Source: Prevotellaceae bacterium (lineage in GTDB: Bacteria > Bacteroidota > Bacteroidia > Bacteroidales > Bacteroidaceae). Taken from it: 41,010 nucleotides of DNA. The position numbers and the translations under genes were made by a program. The DNA lies in contig CAJPLH010000001.1 in the NCBI GenBank assembly GCA_905371275.1, positions 1-41,010 on the forward strand, read 5' to 3'. A model generated the notes under the pieces. It was not told where the DNA came from, made no database searches, and saw only the letters and a list, made by a program, of their open reading frames with translations. Below, in pieces: positions 39,882 through 41,010 of the stretch (its first letter is position 1; the number at the start of each line of letters is the position of its first letter).

Positions 39882-39972
39882 TTACCGCGGCATAGGCTAT
39901 TCCGAAGATTCAATCCATACCAGCGTTGAAGAAATGGCACAAGAAGCCATCGACTTTCTCCAACAAGCATAA
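39880..39972 (+). pseudogene. Alpha/beta-hydrolase gene fragment
   Basis: Translates as DYRGIGYSEDSIHTSVEEMAQEAIDFLQQA*, matching the D-x-R-G-x-G-x-S...MA-x-x-x-x-x-F segment of alpha/beta hydrolases; no start codon upstream of the motif. Confidence 0.6.
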
Positions 39973-40004
39973 GCCATTTTCCCACTACTTTATACATACT
40001 CATT

Positions 40005-41006
40005 ATGCAAGCTTTTCAAATATCACAATATAACGCCAAAGACATCTCAGTACAGTCTGTAGATATCCCCCGTCCCACACTGCACCCTCATGAGATTCTC
40101 ATAGAAGTCAAAGCAGCCGGTGTCAATCCACTTGACAACCTCATCACACGAGGTGAAGTACAACTCGTAACTCCCTACACTCTACCGCTCACCATGGGCA
40201 ACGAATGTTCGGGAGTCGTAGTTGAAGTGGGGGACTCCGTCAAAAACTTCATTGTGGGTCAGAAAGTTTTCACTCGTCTTCCCACAAAGCAAATCGGTGC
40301 TTTTGCAGAATATGTTGCAGTGTCTGAAGATGCGGTGGCAATGATGCCACAAAATCTCAACTTTGTCGAAGCAGCAGCCATTTCCCTCACAGCTCTCACC
40401 GCATTTCAAGCCCTCGAACTGATGCAACCTCAATCGGGACAGAGTATTTTCATTTCAGGAGGTTCAGGTGGTTTGGGAGCAATGGCCATTCCTCTCGCAA
40501 AGGCACGCGGACTTGTGGTCTACACTAATGGCAATGCTCAGAGCAAAGAGCGCGTGACGGCCTTAGGTGCAGACAAATATCTGGACTATCGCACAGAAGA
40601 CTACCTCGAACATTTGCCCAAGGTCGACTTTGTGCTCGACAGTTTGGGAGGTAAAGAATTGGAGCGCCAAATGAATCTCCTCAAACATGGAGGAAAAATG
40701 GTGTCACTCCGCGGACTTCCCAATCGTTCTTTCGCACAACGCTTTGGACTTCCTTTGTGGAAACAATGGCTCTTTGGGCTGGCATCATGGAAGACCACCA
40801 AGCAAGCGAGCAAAGTGGGAGCAACCTATGACTTTCTCTTTGTGGAAAGCAATGGTAAACAACTAGCGGAGATTGCGACATTGGTGGAAAAACTTGATAT
40901 CCATCCTTCAGTAGAACACATCTTCCCTTTTGCGCAAACTAATGAAGCCTTGCACCAAGTGGCACAACGCGGCTCATCAGGCAAAGTCATCATCCATTTT
41001 GACTAA
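40005..41006 (+). CDS. NADP-dependent oxidoreductase, MDR/quinone-oxidoreductase-like
   Basis: 'VKAAGVNPLD', 'MGNECSGVVVEVG', 'GAFAEYV', 'LTALTAFQAL', 'ISGGSGGLG', 'GKVII'. Confidence 0.92.
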   Translation: MQAFQISQYNAKDISVQSVDIPRPTLHPHEILIEVKAAGVNPLDNLITRGEVQLVTPYTLPLTMGNECSGVVVEVGDSVKNFIVGQKVFTRLPTKQIGAFAEYVAVSEDAVAMMPQNLNFVEAAAISLTALTAFQALELMQPQSGQSIFISGGSGGLGAMAIPLAKARGLVVYTNGNAQSKERVTALGADKYLDYRTEDYLEHLPKVDFVLDSLGGKELERQMNLLKHGGKMVSLRGLPNRSFAQRFGLPLWKQWLFGLASWKTTKQASKVGATYDFLFVESNGKQLAEIATLVEKLDIHPSVEHIFPFAQTNEALHQVAQRGSSGKVIIHFD

Positions 41007-41010
41007 GCTA

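Overview
A 41-kb core-chromosome segment of a Bacteroidales bacterium, probably Prevotellaceae. The evidence is TTTG-N19-21-TAnnTTTG promoters, a general lack of Shine-Dalgarno motifs, and the T9SS genes porU/porV. About 33 mostly housekeeping CDSs are present: the 3' end of uvrD/pcrA, lon, tgt, lptF/G, a DEAD-box helicase, rsmG, a nucleoside phosphorylase, a FAH-porU-porV-ispF-trpC-like cluster, purB-rluB-asnS, der, nnrD, queA, thyA-folA, cidA/lrgB, pyrF, a mutarotase-SSS transporter fusion, trxA, fba and an MDR oxidoreductase. I saw no tRNA, rRNA, CRISPR array, transposase or prophage. The unusual content is intergenic or lies in degenerate enzymes: (1) two promoter-to-terminator units with no long ORF and clear predicted RNA structure (candidate ncRNAs at ~11.25 kb + and ~32.7-33.07 kb -); (2) an intact TrpC-like protein and a FAH-like protein, both lacking canonical catalytic residues, that bracket the porU-porV-ispF genes; (3) a MITE-like repeat family with five pieces (two ~200-bp copies in inverted orientation around fba, one degenerate half copy, two 39-bp minis); (4) a 22-bp tandem array next to a long TGTCAC inverted repeat; (5) a heptamer array running into the folA start codon; (6) an alpha/beta-hydrolase remnant that begins at a MITE end. 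All family assignments come from motif recognition by eye, not database searches.
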